Assembly: GCA_902534495.1 (NCBI GenBank) | Contig: CACAQC010000001.1 | Location: 158,773-222,772 of the forward strand | Source: an uncultured Candidatus Actinomarina sp. | GTDB lineage: Bacteria; Actinomycetota; Acidimicrobiia; Actinomarinales; Actinomarinaceae | Direction: 5' to 3' | DNA length: 64,000 bases | Shown: piece by piece, positions 1 to 9,062 of the stretch | Layout of the letters: each line of letters begins with the position of its first letter | How positions within the stretch are numbered: position 1 is the stretch's first letter | The notes under the pieces: model-generated | What the model was told of the DNA's origin: nothing | Database searches by the model: none | The model's input: only the letters and a program-made list of their open reading frames with translations | Program-made: the position numbers and the translations under genes

Positions 1-33
1 TATAAGTTCTTTGAAAAAGATTATTTATTTTAT

Positions 34-110
34 TACCATGAGGTTTGCATAAAGAGAGGAAATCCTCAGCAACCTAGATTACCAACTAAGGTGCTTTTTG
101 ATGTGGTTTT
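34..110 (+). promoter_or_regulatory. SAM riboswitch-like leader (SAM-I/IV-type core) upstream of metK
   Basis: Contains GCAUAAAGAGAGG, a GAGG-AAAU-CCUC hairpin, CAGCAACC, AAGGUGC and GAUGUGG, resembling the SAM-I/SAM-IV binding core. A paralogous copy lies upstream of metY. ACCAU (35-39) can pair with GUGGU (103-107). No covariance-model search was run. Confidence 0.6.
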
Positions 111-165
111 ACGACAAAAAATGGTATTTTCTAATCTCTTGCATAAAATATAATTGGAGGAAAAG

Positions 166-1254
166 TTGACTAAATTTGTAACTGCTGAGACAGTTTCACC
201 TGGTCATCCCGACAAAATCGCAGATTTTATATCTGATAATGTATTGACAAAAGCTTTAGAAAATAATAGTTCGTCAAGAGTCGCAGTAGAAACTTTTCTT
301 ACGGGTACAAAAAAAGGTGGCTTAGTTCTTGTTGGAGGAGAAATAAGTGAAATTGCTAATATCACAACAGAAGACATAATCAGTATTGTTAAAGAAGCCT
401 TAAATAAAACAATAAAAACAAGTTTTGAAGATTTTGACTTACAGAATTTATCAATTTTTAATGAGCTGACACCGCAGTCTGAAGAAATCCGTGCTGCAGT
501 TGAAGATGATATAGATCAAGGTGCTGGAGATCAGGGAATTATGGTTGGTTTTGCAACAAATAAGACTGAATCATTCATGCCACCAACATTTGATAAATCA
601 AGAAAAATACAAAAAGATATGTGGGAACTTCAGAATTCTAATAAATTTTTAGATTTAGATTCTAAGGTACAAGTAACCAGTGGAGGAGAAAAAACAAAAA
701 TTGTTGTTTCAACTCAACACCATAAAGATATCGATATGGAAAATCTTCATGATGAAGTTTCCAAAATTGTTTCCAAGCATGTTTCTGGAAATTTCGAATT
801 AGATTTAAATCCATCGGGCTCTTTCATCAAAGGTGGACCAGCTGGAGATACAGGCTTAACAGGAAGAAAAATAGTAGTTGACTCATATGGACCTACTGTG
901 CCGGTAGGTGGCGGAGCTTTTTCGGGTAAAGATCCAAGTAAAGTGGATCGATCTGCTGCTTATGCTGCTAGGCATTTAGCTAAAAATATTGTAGCCCATG
1001 ATTTAGCAGAGGAATGCTTGGTTAGGGTTTCTTACGCTATCGGAAAAGCCGAACCTTATGAATTAACAATTGAAACTTTCGATACTCTTAAAGTGAATGA
1101 CAAGAAACTAAATGATTTTGTTCGAGCTTTTGACATGAAACCCGGCGCAATTATTGAAAGGTTAAATTTAACAAGTGTTGATTATACAACTGACACACTT
1201 TTTTCTCATTTTGGAGACCCAGAAAGGAACTGGGAAATAATAGAAAATATTTAG
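166..1254 (+). CDS. metK: S-adenosylmethionine synthetase
   Basis: Motifs SPGHPDKIADFISD, GAGDQGIMVGFA and GGGAFSGKDPSKVDRSAAY. The ORF track opens at TTG 154, but GGAGG at 156-160 sits 5 nt before TTG 166, so 166 is preferred. The stop is unambiguous. Confidence 0.93.
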   Translation: MTKFVTAETVSPGHPDKIADFISDNVLTKALENNSSSRVAVETFLTGTKKGGLVLVGGEISEIANITTEDIISIVKEALNKTIKTSFEDFDLQNLSIFNELTPQSEEIRAAVEDDIDQGAGDQGIMVGFATNKTESFMPPTFDKSRKIQKDMWELQNSNKFLDLDSKVQVTSGGEKTKIVVSTQHHKDIDMENLHDEVSKIVSKHVSGNFELDLNPSGSFIKGGPAGDTGLTGRKIVVDSYGPTVPVGGGAFSGKDPSKVDRSAAYAARHLAKNIVAHDLAEECLVRVSYAIGKAEPYELTIETFDTLKVNDKKLNDFVRAFDMKPGAIIERLNLTSVDYTTDTLFSHFGDPERNWEIIENI

Positions 1255-1283
1255 TTATGTCAGAATATTTTGATATAATTTTC

Positions 1284-1351
1284 GTAAGCATAAAGAGAAG
1301 GTTAGGACCTCGGCAACCTGGAAGACTATCCAAGGTGCCTGAAGATGTGGC
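1284..1351 (+). promoter_or_regulatory. SAM riboswitch-like leader (SAM-I/IV-type core) upstream of metY
   Basis: GCAUAAAGAGAAGG, CGGCAACC, an UGGA...UCCA hairpin, AAGGUGCC and GAUGUGG are collinear with the metK leader. Stem sequences differ in a base-pair-preserving way. Confidence 0.6.
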
Positions 1352-1402
1352 AAAATTGCAACTAAGTAGTCAAAATCCTTCTCCAAATTTAAGGAGAAAT
1401 TT

Positions 1403-2683
1403 ATGAGATTTAATTCAAAATTGATACATGCAGGTTGGGATTCTGATGAAAATTCGGAAGGTTCAATAACAGTGCCTATTTACAAAACAACAGCTTATCA
1501 ATTTAATAATACTGAACACGCTGCAAATCTATTTGGATTAAAAGAGTTTGGTAACATTTATTCTAGATTAGGCAACCCAACTGTTGGAGCACTTGAGGCT
1601 AGATTAACTGCTCTTGAAGACGGTGCTATGTGTGTAGCATTATCTTCAGGAACCTCTGCTGTAATGTATTCACTCATCAACATTATGAGTCAAGGAGATA
1701 ATTTTGTTACTGCAAACCAACTTTATGGTGGAACATATACAATGTTTGACAATATTTTGCCAGAATATGGTATTAATTCCAAAAAAGTAGACATTACAGA
1801 TTTTGAAGCTGTTGAATCGGCAATCGACGAAAAGACTAGAGCGATCTATTGTGAAACAATAACCAACCCAGGCCTAGTTGTTGCTGATATTTCTGCATTA
1901 GCGGACATTGCTCATTCAAAGGGAATTCCATTAATTGTTGATGCAACTTTTACTACATCAGCAATACTAAAACCATTTGAATTTGGTGCTGATATTGTTG
2001 TCTATTCATTAACAAAATGGATGTCTGGTCACGGAAGAGTCATTGCTGGTGCAGTAATTGAAAAGGGTGGCTTTGATTGGGGTAATGGTAATTTTCCACT
2101 TTATGATAAACCCGATACCAGCTATGGAGGTATGAGATGGGGTCATGACCTTGGTGACTTAGGAAATGTTGCATACTCCCTCAGACTTAGAACAGTTCCA
2201 TTAAGAAATCTTGGTGCGAATATGTCTCCAGATACTGCTTTTGAAGTTATGAGTGGACTTGAAACACTAGCTCTAAGAATGGAGCGTCATTGTGAGAATG
2301 CAATTAAAGCTGCAGAGTACTTGTCTGGACATGAGCTTGTGGAATGGGTTAGATTTCCTGGACTCAAAGATGACCCGGCATATGACCTTTCTGAAAAGTA
2401 TTTGAAAGGCACTGGTGGAACAATGGTGGTTTTTGGGATTAAAGGTGGAAAAGACGCCGGACAAAAATTTATAGACAATCTAAAAATGTTTAGGCATGTT
2501 GCTAATGTAGGAGACACTAGATCACTAGCTATTCACCCAGCAACAACGACTCATTCACAATTAAATGAAGATCAACTTATTGAAGCAGGCTCACCACCTG
2601 AACTAATTAGACTGTCAATAGGCATAGAAGACATTGAAGATATCGTTGAAGATCTCTCACAAGCACTAGAAAGTACAAAATAG
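1403..2683 (+). CDS. metY: O-acetylhomoserine sulfhydrylase (Cys/Met-metabolism PLP enzyme)
   Basis: 426 aa. Typical N-terminus (TVPIYKTTAYQF, GNIYSRLGNPT) and PLP-lysine context YSLTKWMSGHG. AAGGAG lies 6 nt upstream of the ATG. Confidence 0.88.
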   Translation: MRFNSKLIHAGWDSDENSEGSITVPIYKTTAYQFNNTEHAANLFGLKEFGNIYSRLGNPTVGALEARLTALEDGAMCVALSSGTSAVMYSLINIMSQGDNFVTANQLYGGTYTMFDNILPEYGINSKKVDITDFEAVESAIDEKTRAIYCETITNPGLVVADISALADIAHSKGIPLIVDATFTTSAILKPFEFGADIVVYSLTKWMSGHGRVIAGAVIEKGGFDWGNGNFPLYDKPDTSYGGMRWGHDLGDLGNVAYSLRLRTVPLRNLGANMSPDTAFEVMSGLETLALRMERHCENAIKAAEYLSGHELVEWVRFPGLKDDPAYDLSEKYLKGTGGTMVVFGIKGGKDAGQKFIDNLKMFRHVANVGDTRSLAIHPATTTHSQLNEDQLIEAGSPPELIRLSIGIEDIEDIVEDLSQALESTK

Positions 2684-2720
2684 CTCCATAAAGTTCGCGA
2701 AAAATAGATTAGTAAATATC

Positions 2721-2749
2721 TTGCATAAGTTGAAAAACTGACGTATATT
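2721..2749 (+). promoter_or_regulatory. Candidate sigma-A-type promoter (TTGCAT-17 nt-TATATT)
   Basis: TTGCAT at 2721-2726, an exact 17-nt spacer, and TATATT at 2744-2749, in the metY/exonuclease intergenic region. Confidence 0.35.
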
Positions 2750-2801
2750 TATAAAACACTATCGGAAAAGAAATCGAAAGATGGAAAAGAAGATAGAACA
2801 G

Positions 2802-2843
2802 AAAATCCCGAAGGGTCGCAAGATCAATCGGGATTTTTGCTTT
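2802..2843 (+). terminator. Long hairpin with GNRA tetraloop followed by a U-rich tail (terminator or attenuator)
   Basis: AAAATCCCGA (2802-2811) pairs perfectly with TCGGGATTTT (2828-2837). An inner GGUC-GCAA-GAUC helix is capped by a GCAA tetraloop, and TTTGCTTT follows. Confidence 0.55.
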
Positions 2844-2877
2844 ATACAGTTTTGTCTTTATAAAGTAAAATCAAAAT

Positions 2878-3711
2878 ATGGAGCTTTATATTGTTGATGG
2901 TACATATGAATTATTTAGGTCACATTTTGGTTACCCAAGTAGAACTTCACCAGATGGAACTGAAGTTGGAGCATTAAAGGGATATATAACCCACCTCAAC
3001 TCTTTAAAAAAACAATACAAATATTTGTGCGTATCTTTTGATTCAACGGTTGAGTCATTTCGTAATGAGCTTTATGACGGTTATAAATCTAGTAACAATA
3101 TTGATTCAGATATCTTAAATCAATTTCCTTTAGCAGAAGAAGTAACGAAATTACTTGGAATAACCCTTTTGTCTATGAAGGAATATGAAGCTGATGATGG
3201 AATTGCATCGGTATGCGAACAATTTGTTAGCAAAAATATAAAAATCATTATTGGATCGTTAGATAAAGATTTAATGCAATGTGTAAAAGAAGATAAAGTT
3301 GTAATGTATTCGACTAGGTATAAAACTTTTACAAACGATAAAGGAGTAAAAGAAAAATTTGGCATCTTGCCAAATCAGATACCAGATTTTCTTGCTCTCA
3401 CAGGAGATAGTTCTGATGGAATTCCAGGAATGAAAGGAATAGGTCAAAAGACTGCGACCTTGCTACTTCAAAAATATGAAAATATTGATTTAATTTTAAA
3501 TGATATAGACAATTGGAAAAAAACAGTTAGGGGTGGTGAAAGACATGCCGAAACTATATCTAACAATTTCGAACTTCTAAAATTATTTAAAGAATTAACA
3601 ACATTAAAAAAATCTGTAAATGTTCCAAAGGATATTGAAGACTACAAAGTAAGAGACATAAAACAAACTAAGCTGACTAAATTTTCTGAAAAATACAGAT
3701 TAAATATTTAA
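2878..3711 (+). CDS. 5'-3' exonuclease / flap endonuclease (Pol I N-terminal-domain family)
   Basis: 277 aa. Motifs YIVDGTYELFRSHF, EYEADDGIAS, SLDKDLMQ and H3TH motif LTGDSSDGIPGMKGIGQKTA. Confidence 0.85.
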   Translation: MELYIVDGTYELFRSHFGYPSRTSPDGTEVGALKGYITHLNSLKKQYKYLCVSFDSTVESFRNELYDGYKSSNNIDSDILNQFPLAEEVTKLLGITLLSMKEYEADDGIASVCEQFVSKNIKIIIGSLDKDLMQCVKEDKVVMYSTRYKTFTNDKGVKEKFGILPNQIPDFLALTGDSSDGIPGMKGIGQKTATLLLQKYENIDLILNDIDNWKKTVRGGERHAETISNNFELLKLFKELTTLKKSVNVPKDIEDYKVRDIKQTKLTKFSEKYRLNI

Positions 3712-3774
3712 TAATCGGAAAATAAAAATCATTAAATTCTTCTTATTTCTAATTACATTTAGTAGTCTCATATT

Positions 3775-4038
3775 GTGAAAAAGTTTGTTTTAATTTTGGG
3801 TTTATTAATTTTGTTTTCTCCTGCAGCAATTGCAATTGCAGATGACCATACTGAAGGAGAAGTACCTACCCCTGCAATCGTGGTTGAAGAGCCGCCAGAG
3901 CAAATTGAAGATGTAGCATGGACCTACAGATTTTTAATTCCAACAACTGTTGCTATTGCAACATTAGTAATTCTTGGAAACGTTATTCAATATTTCAGAC
4001 AGGTAACTCGAAAAAGATATAAGGTTATAGAGAAATAA
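3775..4038 (+). CDS. Hypothetical small exported/membrane-anchored protein
   Basis: 87 aa, GTG start. N-terminal signal-like helix, an acidic Pro-rich segment, a C-terminal TM helix and a basic tail. No recognisable family. Confidence 0.45.
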   Translation: MKKFVLILGLLILFSPAAIAIADDHTEGEVPTPAIVVEEPPEQIEDVAWTYRFLIPTTVAIATLVILGNVIQYFRQVTRKRYKVIEK

Positions 4039-4050
4039 AAATTTTTCTTA

Positions 4051-5316
4051 ATGACAGATATTAAAAATAAGATACTCAAGTTAGTTAATAAGAACCATGA
4101 ATATGTTTTAGCTCTCAGTGGAGGCGTTGATAGTGCAGTTTTAGCTTCAATCTTTAACGATTTAGATTTGTCATATAGAACAATTTTTGTCAACCATAAT
4201 CAAAAAGACTCAAATTTACTGCAAAAATCTGCTGAAGAAATTGCAAAAAATCTTAAAACTAACCACGAAAACATAATTTCGGACTTAGAAGAAAACGCCT
4301 CAGAAACGAAAATGAGAGAAAAAAGGTATGGCTTACTACTTGATAATCTTAAAAAAAAAGAAATATTAGTAACAGGTCATCACAAAGATGATAAAGTAGA
4401 AACTTTTTTAATTAATCTATTTAGAGGCACCAGATTAAAAGGGCTAACATCAATAAAAGCTGAAAATGATAATTTGTTAAGACCATTAATAAATATAAAG
4501 AAATCTGAAATCGAAGATTATGCAATTAGAAATAATATTGTATTTACTGAAGACACTACAAATCAAAATAATGAAATCTCTAGAAATTGGATTAGAAACA
4601 AATTAATACCAGAAGTAGATGAAAGATTTCCAGGTCAGATAAACAAAAAAATTTCCAATTTAATTTTAGAAATTGAGGTGCTGCTTGAAAGTAAAGTAGA
4701 AGTAAAAAAATATATTAAGTTTGCAAAAGGATACTTTGAAGTACCGCTTTCACTAATTCAGGAAAATGATTCAAGATCAAATTACTTAATTTCTTTAATC
4801 TCTTCATCTATTGGACAAATTGGTCTTCAAGGTGATGATTTGAAAAAGATATTTTCAGTTATTGATAATGGAAGTCATGTAAGTTATCACAAAAATTGGG
4901 CAGTTTCCAATCAGGCTGGTTTAGTTATATTTATTGAAAAAGAAATGTGGAAATTTAATTCTGATGAAGATAAGATTTTTGGTTATTTTAATTTTCAAGA
5001 AACTACAAGCTGTAATTACTTGAATAATTGGAAAATTTTAGCACCGAAAAATTTCATAGAAAACTTGAATCTATCCACAATCTCTAAAGGTGATAAAATC
5101 TTAATCGACGGTTCGATGCAGAAAGTTTCTGAGGCAATGAGGTCTTTTGGAGTTAAAGAACCCCTCAGAGAAGTATGGCCTATTGTAAAATTTGATAATA
5201 AAGTTATATGGATTCCAGGCATTAGAAAAAGTGACTTAGTAAAAGATTTTGATTCAGAGAATAACAAACATACAATTACTACTTCAATAGAAAAGAGCAA
5301 TTTTGAAAATATCTAA
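4051..5316 (+). CDS. tilS: tRNA(Ile)-lysidine synthase
   Basis: PP-loop LALSGGVDSAVL and HHKDDKVETFL. Conserved tilS-hpt-ftsH order. Confidence 0.85.
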   Translation: MTDIKNKILKLVNKNHEYVLALSGGVDSAVLASIFNDLDLSYRTIFVNHNQKDSNLLQKSAEEIAKNLKTNHENIISDLEENASETKMREKRYGLLLDNLKKKEILVTGHHKDDKVETFLINLFRGTRLKGLTSIKAENDNLLRPLINIKKSEIEDYAIRNNIVFTEDTTNQNNEISRNWIRNKLIPEVDERFPGQINKKISNLILEIEVLLESKVEVKKYIKFAKGYFEVPLSLIQENDSRSNYLISLISSSIGQIGLQGDDLKKIFSVIDNGSHVSYHKNWAVSNQAGLVIFIEKEMWKFNSDEDKIFGYFNFQETTSCNYLNNWKILAPKNFIENLNLSTISKGDKILIDGSMQKVSEAMRSFGVKEPLREVWPIVKFDNKVIWIPGIRKSDLVKDFDSENNKHTITTSIEKSNFENI

Positions 5317-5815
5317 AGTTTTAATCGAGCAAAATCAAATTGAACAAAAAGTAAAAGAATTAGCTGAGAGAATTAATAAAGACTATTTGGGTGAGGAACT
5401 TGTAATAGTTGGAATACTAAAAGGCGCATTCATCGTTATCAGCGACATAGCAAAACAGCTCGATGTAGATGTAACATTTGAATTTATGAGCATACAATCT
5501 TATGAAGGAACTAAATCTACCGGACAAATAAAAATTGATAAGGATTTGGATATAGATATTACCGGAAAAAATATATTAATTGTTGAAGATATTTTTGATA
5601 CTGGTTTAACTTTATCTCATTTAAAAAATTTACTTGAATCCAGAAATCCAAAAAGCATTGAGATATTATGTATGTTTGTTAAAAAAGATATTTTAACTGA
5701 ACCAGTGGATATAAAATATTCAGGATTTGAGATAGGACCAGAATTTGTTGTTGGATATGGTCTTGATTACGAAGGAAAATATAGGGAACTTCCTTTCCTT
5801 GGTATTCTGTCATAG
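5303..5815 (+). CDS. hpt: Hypoxanthine phosphoribosyltransferase
   Basis: 170 aa. PRPP-binding loop ILIVEDIFDTGLTL and C-terminal VVGYGLDY. TTG start overlaps the tilS end. Confidence 0.9.
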   Translation: MKISKVLIEQNQIEQKVKELAERINKDYLGEELVIVGILKGAFIVISDIAKQLDVDVTFEFMSIQSYEGTKSTGQIKIDKDLDIDITGKNILIVEDIFDTGLTLSHLKNLLESRNPKSIEILCMFVKKDILTEPVDIKYSGFEIGPEFVVGYGLDYEGKYRELPFLGILS

Positions 5816-5858
5816 ATCTCACTATTGCTTTTTAACTCAATAGTATTAAATTAAGAAG

Positions 5859-7718
5859 ATGGAAAATAAAAAAGTAGACAAAAAAAACAACAGGTCTTTT
5901 CTTCTTTATGCTGGACTTGGTCTTTTAATATTTTTTGGAGTTCAGCAATATAATTCGACTGTAAACTCACCTGAAAGTAAATCTTTCACAATTTTTAAAA
6001 ACGACATACAATCTGGAAATGTATCTGAAGCAACTATAAAAGAACAGTCAAATCTTGTTGAATTTAAATTAAGAAATGATGACACAATTTATCAAACAGA
6101 GTACCCAGAAGGTTTTGAAGGGGAAGTGTTTCAACTCCTTGTTGATCAAGACATTATTTTGAATACAGATACAGAACCTGCAGGTTTTCAGGACTACTTT
6201 TTTGCATTTTTACCTTGGCTATTTTTAGCTGCTTTTATGTTTTATATGTTCTCACAGGTTAGATCAAATGGAAATCAAATAATGCAATTTGGAAAATCGA
6301 AAGCTAAAGAGCTAGATGAAGAATCTCCAAAAGTAACTTTCAAAGACGTTGCCGGTGTAGAAGAAGCGAAAGAAGAACTTGAAGAGATTAAAGAATTCCT
6401 TAAGTCTCCAGAAAAATTTAATAAGTTGGGAGCAAAGATACCAAAAGGGGTTCTACTTGTTGGGCCACCGGGAACTGGAAAAACTCTTTTAGCAAAAGCA
6501 GTAGCAGGAGAGGCAGGAGTTCCATTCTTTAGTATTTCAGGATCTGATTTTGTCGAAATGTTTGTTGGAGTTGGGGCAAGTAGAGTAAGAGATCTATTCA
6601 AAAAAGCTAAAGAAGCATCTCCAGCAATAATTTTTATTGATGAAATTGATGCAGTTGGAAGAATGAGAGGAGCTGGTTTAGGCGGAGGTCATGATGAGAG
6701 AGAGCAAACATTAAACCAACTTTTGGTTGAGATGGATGGATTTGAAGCAAATCAGGGTGTAATCCTTATGGCTGCAACCAACAGACCCGATGTTTTAGAC
6801 CCAGCACTTCTCAGACCAGGCAGGTTTGATAGACAAGTTATTGTTGGTAGGCCAGATTTATCTGGAAGAACACAAATACTTAAGGTTCATGCAAAAGATA
6901 AGCCGTTAGCAAAAAATGTCAATTTTGAAACATTAGCAAAACAAACACCTGGTTTTACTGGAGCTGATTTAGCAAATTTATTAAATGAAGCAGCCTTACT
7001 AGCTGCAAGAAAAAATAAAAAATCAATCGGAATTGCAGATATTGAAAACTCGATAGATCGGGTAATGGCTGGTCCAGAAAAGAAAAGTCAAGTAATGACA
7101 GAAGAAGAAAAATTAATTATCGCTTATCATGAAACAGGTCATGCATTAGTGGGTTGGGCACTTCCTAATGCTGATCCTATCCACAAAGTTACTATTATTC
7201 CTCGTGGTAGAGCTTTAGGTTATACTCAAGCACTTCCTGATAGTGAAAAGTATCTTGCGTCTAAAGCTGAACTTAAAGATAGGCTTGCGATGTTGATGGG
7301 AGGTCGGGTTGCGGAAGAATTAATTTTTGCAGACCCTACAACAGGTGCTTCTAATGATATAGAAAAAGCCACAGATATTGCCAGAAGAATGGTCATGGAG
7401 TTTGGAATGAGTGAAAAGTTAGGGCCAATGCTTTACGGAAAAGGATCGAATGAAGTATTTTTAGGTCGCGACTACGGACGACAACAAGACTACTCTGACG
7501 AAATAGCTTCTTCTATTGATGACGAAGTAAGAAATTTGCTAAATGATGCACATGTGATTGCCGGAAAGATACTTAAGAAATTTAAGAAACAAATGGACGC
7601 CATGGTTAAACAGCTAATGGAAAAAGAGACATTAAACAAAGAAGAAGTAGCAGAAATCTTTAAAACAATTGCAAAAGTCAAAATAACCGGTTCTGGTAAA
7701 AGCTTAAGGCTTGCTTAA
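5859..7718 (+). CDS. ftsH: ATP-dependent zinc metalloprotease FtsH
   Basis: Walker [14 protein letters not shown], Walker [13 protein letters not shown] region and zinc motif HETGHAL. Two N-terminal TM helices. Confidence 0.97.
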   Translation: MENKKVDKKNNRSFLLYAGLGLLIFFGVQQYNSTVNSPESKSFTIFKNDIQSGNVSEATIKEQSNLVEFKLRNDDTIYQTEYPEGFEGEVFQLLVDQDIILNTDTEPAGFQDYFFAFLPWLFLAAFMFYMFSQVRSNGNQIMQFGKSKAKELDEESPKVTFKDVAGVEEAKEELEEIKEFLKSPEKFNKLGAKIPKGVLLVGPPGTGKTLLAKAVAGEAGVPFFSISGSDFVEMFVGVGASRVRDLFKKAKEASPAIIFIDEIDAVGRMRGAGLGGGHDEREQTLNQLLVEMDGFEANQGVILMAATNRPDVLDPALLRPGRFDRQVIVGRPDLSGRTQILKVHAKDKPLAKNVNFETLAKQTPGFTGADLANLLNEAALLAARKNKKSIGIADIENSIDRVMAGPEKKSQVMTEEEKLIIAYHETGHALVGWALPNADPIHKVTIIPRGRALGYTQALPDSEKYLASKAELKDRLAMLMGGRVAEELIFADPTTGASNDIEKATDIARRMVMEFGMSEKLGPMLYGKGSNEVFLGRDYGRQQDYSDEIASSIDDEVRNLLNDAHVIAGKILKKFKKQMDAMVKQLMEKETLNKEEVAEIFKTIAKVKITGSGKSLRLA

Positions 7719-8275
7719 TGAGTTCTATAAATGAAACAAAGAGCAACATAGAGATTGCTCTTTTTGAATTTTTAAAAACAAAGACTGATAAATCAGAAGA
7801 AGAAATAATGAAACTTTCCAAAAAGTTTCTTGAGCAAATTGAATCAAAACTACACAAATCGCAATTACCATCTGCAATTTTAACTAATCTTGAGAATGTT
7901 GAACACAATCAGCCCATCTACTTAAAAGGAATAAATTTTGTAAGCTTATGTGAGCATCATTTACTTCCTTTTACAGGATTAGTAAATATAGCTGTTTATC
8001 CAAGTAATAAAATAGCTGGAGTTTCTAAATTTAGTGAACTCGTTAGTTTGCTTTCAAATAATTTGACATTACAAGAATCTTTAACAAAAAAAATAGCAGT
8101 TGAAATCCAAAACGCATTAGACCCCAAAGGTGTAATGGTAAAAATAAGTGCGAACCATATGTGTTCAAGTTTGTTAAATATTGAAAATTCTGAAACTGTA
8201 TTTGAAACAACTTACAGCACTGGAATTTATGAAATTGACCATACACTTCGCAATGAAGCGTTACTAAATTTTTAA
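7718..8275 (+). CDS. folE: GTP cyclohydrolase I
   Basis: 185 aa. SLCEHHLLPF motif. The start overlaps the ftsH stop (TAATG). Confidence 0.88.
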   Translation: MSSINETKSNIEIALFEFLKTKTDKSEEEIMKLSKKFLEQIESKLHKSQLPSAILTNLENVEHNQPIYLKGINFVSLCEHHLLPFTGLVNIAVYPSNKIAGVSKFSELVSLLSNNLTLQESLTKKIAVEIQNALDPKGVMVKISANHMCSSLLNIENSETVFETTYSTGIYEIDHTLRNEALLNF

Positions 8276-8278
8276 AAA

Positions 8279-9022
8279 TTGTCCAATTGGAATTCTATAT
8301 TATCTAGAGATAATTCAAAAATATTAGGAATTATAAATTTATCTAATGATTCATTTACAGGTGATGGTGTATTTAATCATGATGAAGGTTTAAAAAAATT
8401 ATTGCAATCAGCAAAGCAAAAAGATATAGATTTTATTGACATCGGTTGCGCCTCTTCAAAACCAGGATTTGACAATGTCACCACTGAAGAGGAAATTGAA
8501 AGACTAAATTATTTTATAAAATTAAATCAAGAAACATTTACATTTTCAATTGATTCATTTAATCCAATTGTGGTACAACATGCAGTTGAAAATAACTTTA
8601 AAATAATTAACGATGTTAGTGGCTTTGTGAATGAAAAAATGATTCAAATAGCCGTTGATTCAAAATTAAAAATTATTTTAGTTCATAGACACCCTAAATC
8701 AGAATCTTTGCATCAAAAAATGATTTATAAAGATGTCGTGAAGGAAGTAAAGGAACATCTGAATTCAAAAATAAAATCACTAATAAGTTTGGGAGTTAAG
8801 GAAGAACAAATCGCAATTGATCCGGGTTTAGGCTTTGGTAAGAATTTATCTGACTCTGCAGAGTTGTTGATCAATATCAAAGAACTTAAAGAAAACTTTC
8901 CCTTGATTGTTGGATATTCAAAAAAGAAATTTATTAAAAATATTCCAATGTCAAATTCTGATTTATTTAAACACTGTGTTGATTCCGGAGTTTCACTAGT
9001 GAGAATGCATCTAACAAATTAG
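8279..9022 (+). CDS. folP: Dihydropteroate synthase
   Basis: 247 aa. Motifs GIINLSNDSFTGDG, DIGCASSKPG and DPGLGFGK. TTG start. Confidence 0.85.
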   Translation: MSNWNSILSRDNSKILGIINLSNDSFTGDGVFNHDEGLKKLLQSAKQKDIDFIDIGCASSKPGFDNVTTEEEIERLNYFIKLNQETFTFSIDSFNPIVVQHAVENNFKIINDVSGFVNEKMIQIAVDSKLKIILVHRHPKSESLHQKMIYKDVVKEVKEHLNSKIKSLISLGVKEEQIAIDPGLGFGKNLSDSAELLINIKELKENFPLIVGYSKKKFIKNIPMSNSDLFKHCVDSGVSLVRMHLTN

Positions 9023-9062
9023 TAATTAGTGTAAGCTATTATTGTGTTTACAGAAAGGAATT

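Noticed and set aside
2781-2897. Small ORF (MEKKIEQKIPKGRKINRDFCF...) starting inside the orphan promoter-hairpin unit.
   Set aside because: It has no SD. It reads straight through the 10-bp hairpin and into the exonuclease gene start in another frame. An RNA-level function is more plausible.
6275-6601. 108-aa minus-strand ORF inside ftsH. Similar antisense ORFs occur at 18300-18665, 11360-11770, 35212-35589, 61415-61750 and elsewhere.
   Set aside because: All lie antisense to strongly supported genes and contain low-complexity or Walker-A-shadow sequences ([18 protein letters not shown]). None has an SD or an independent motif.
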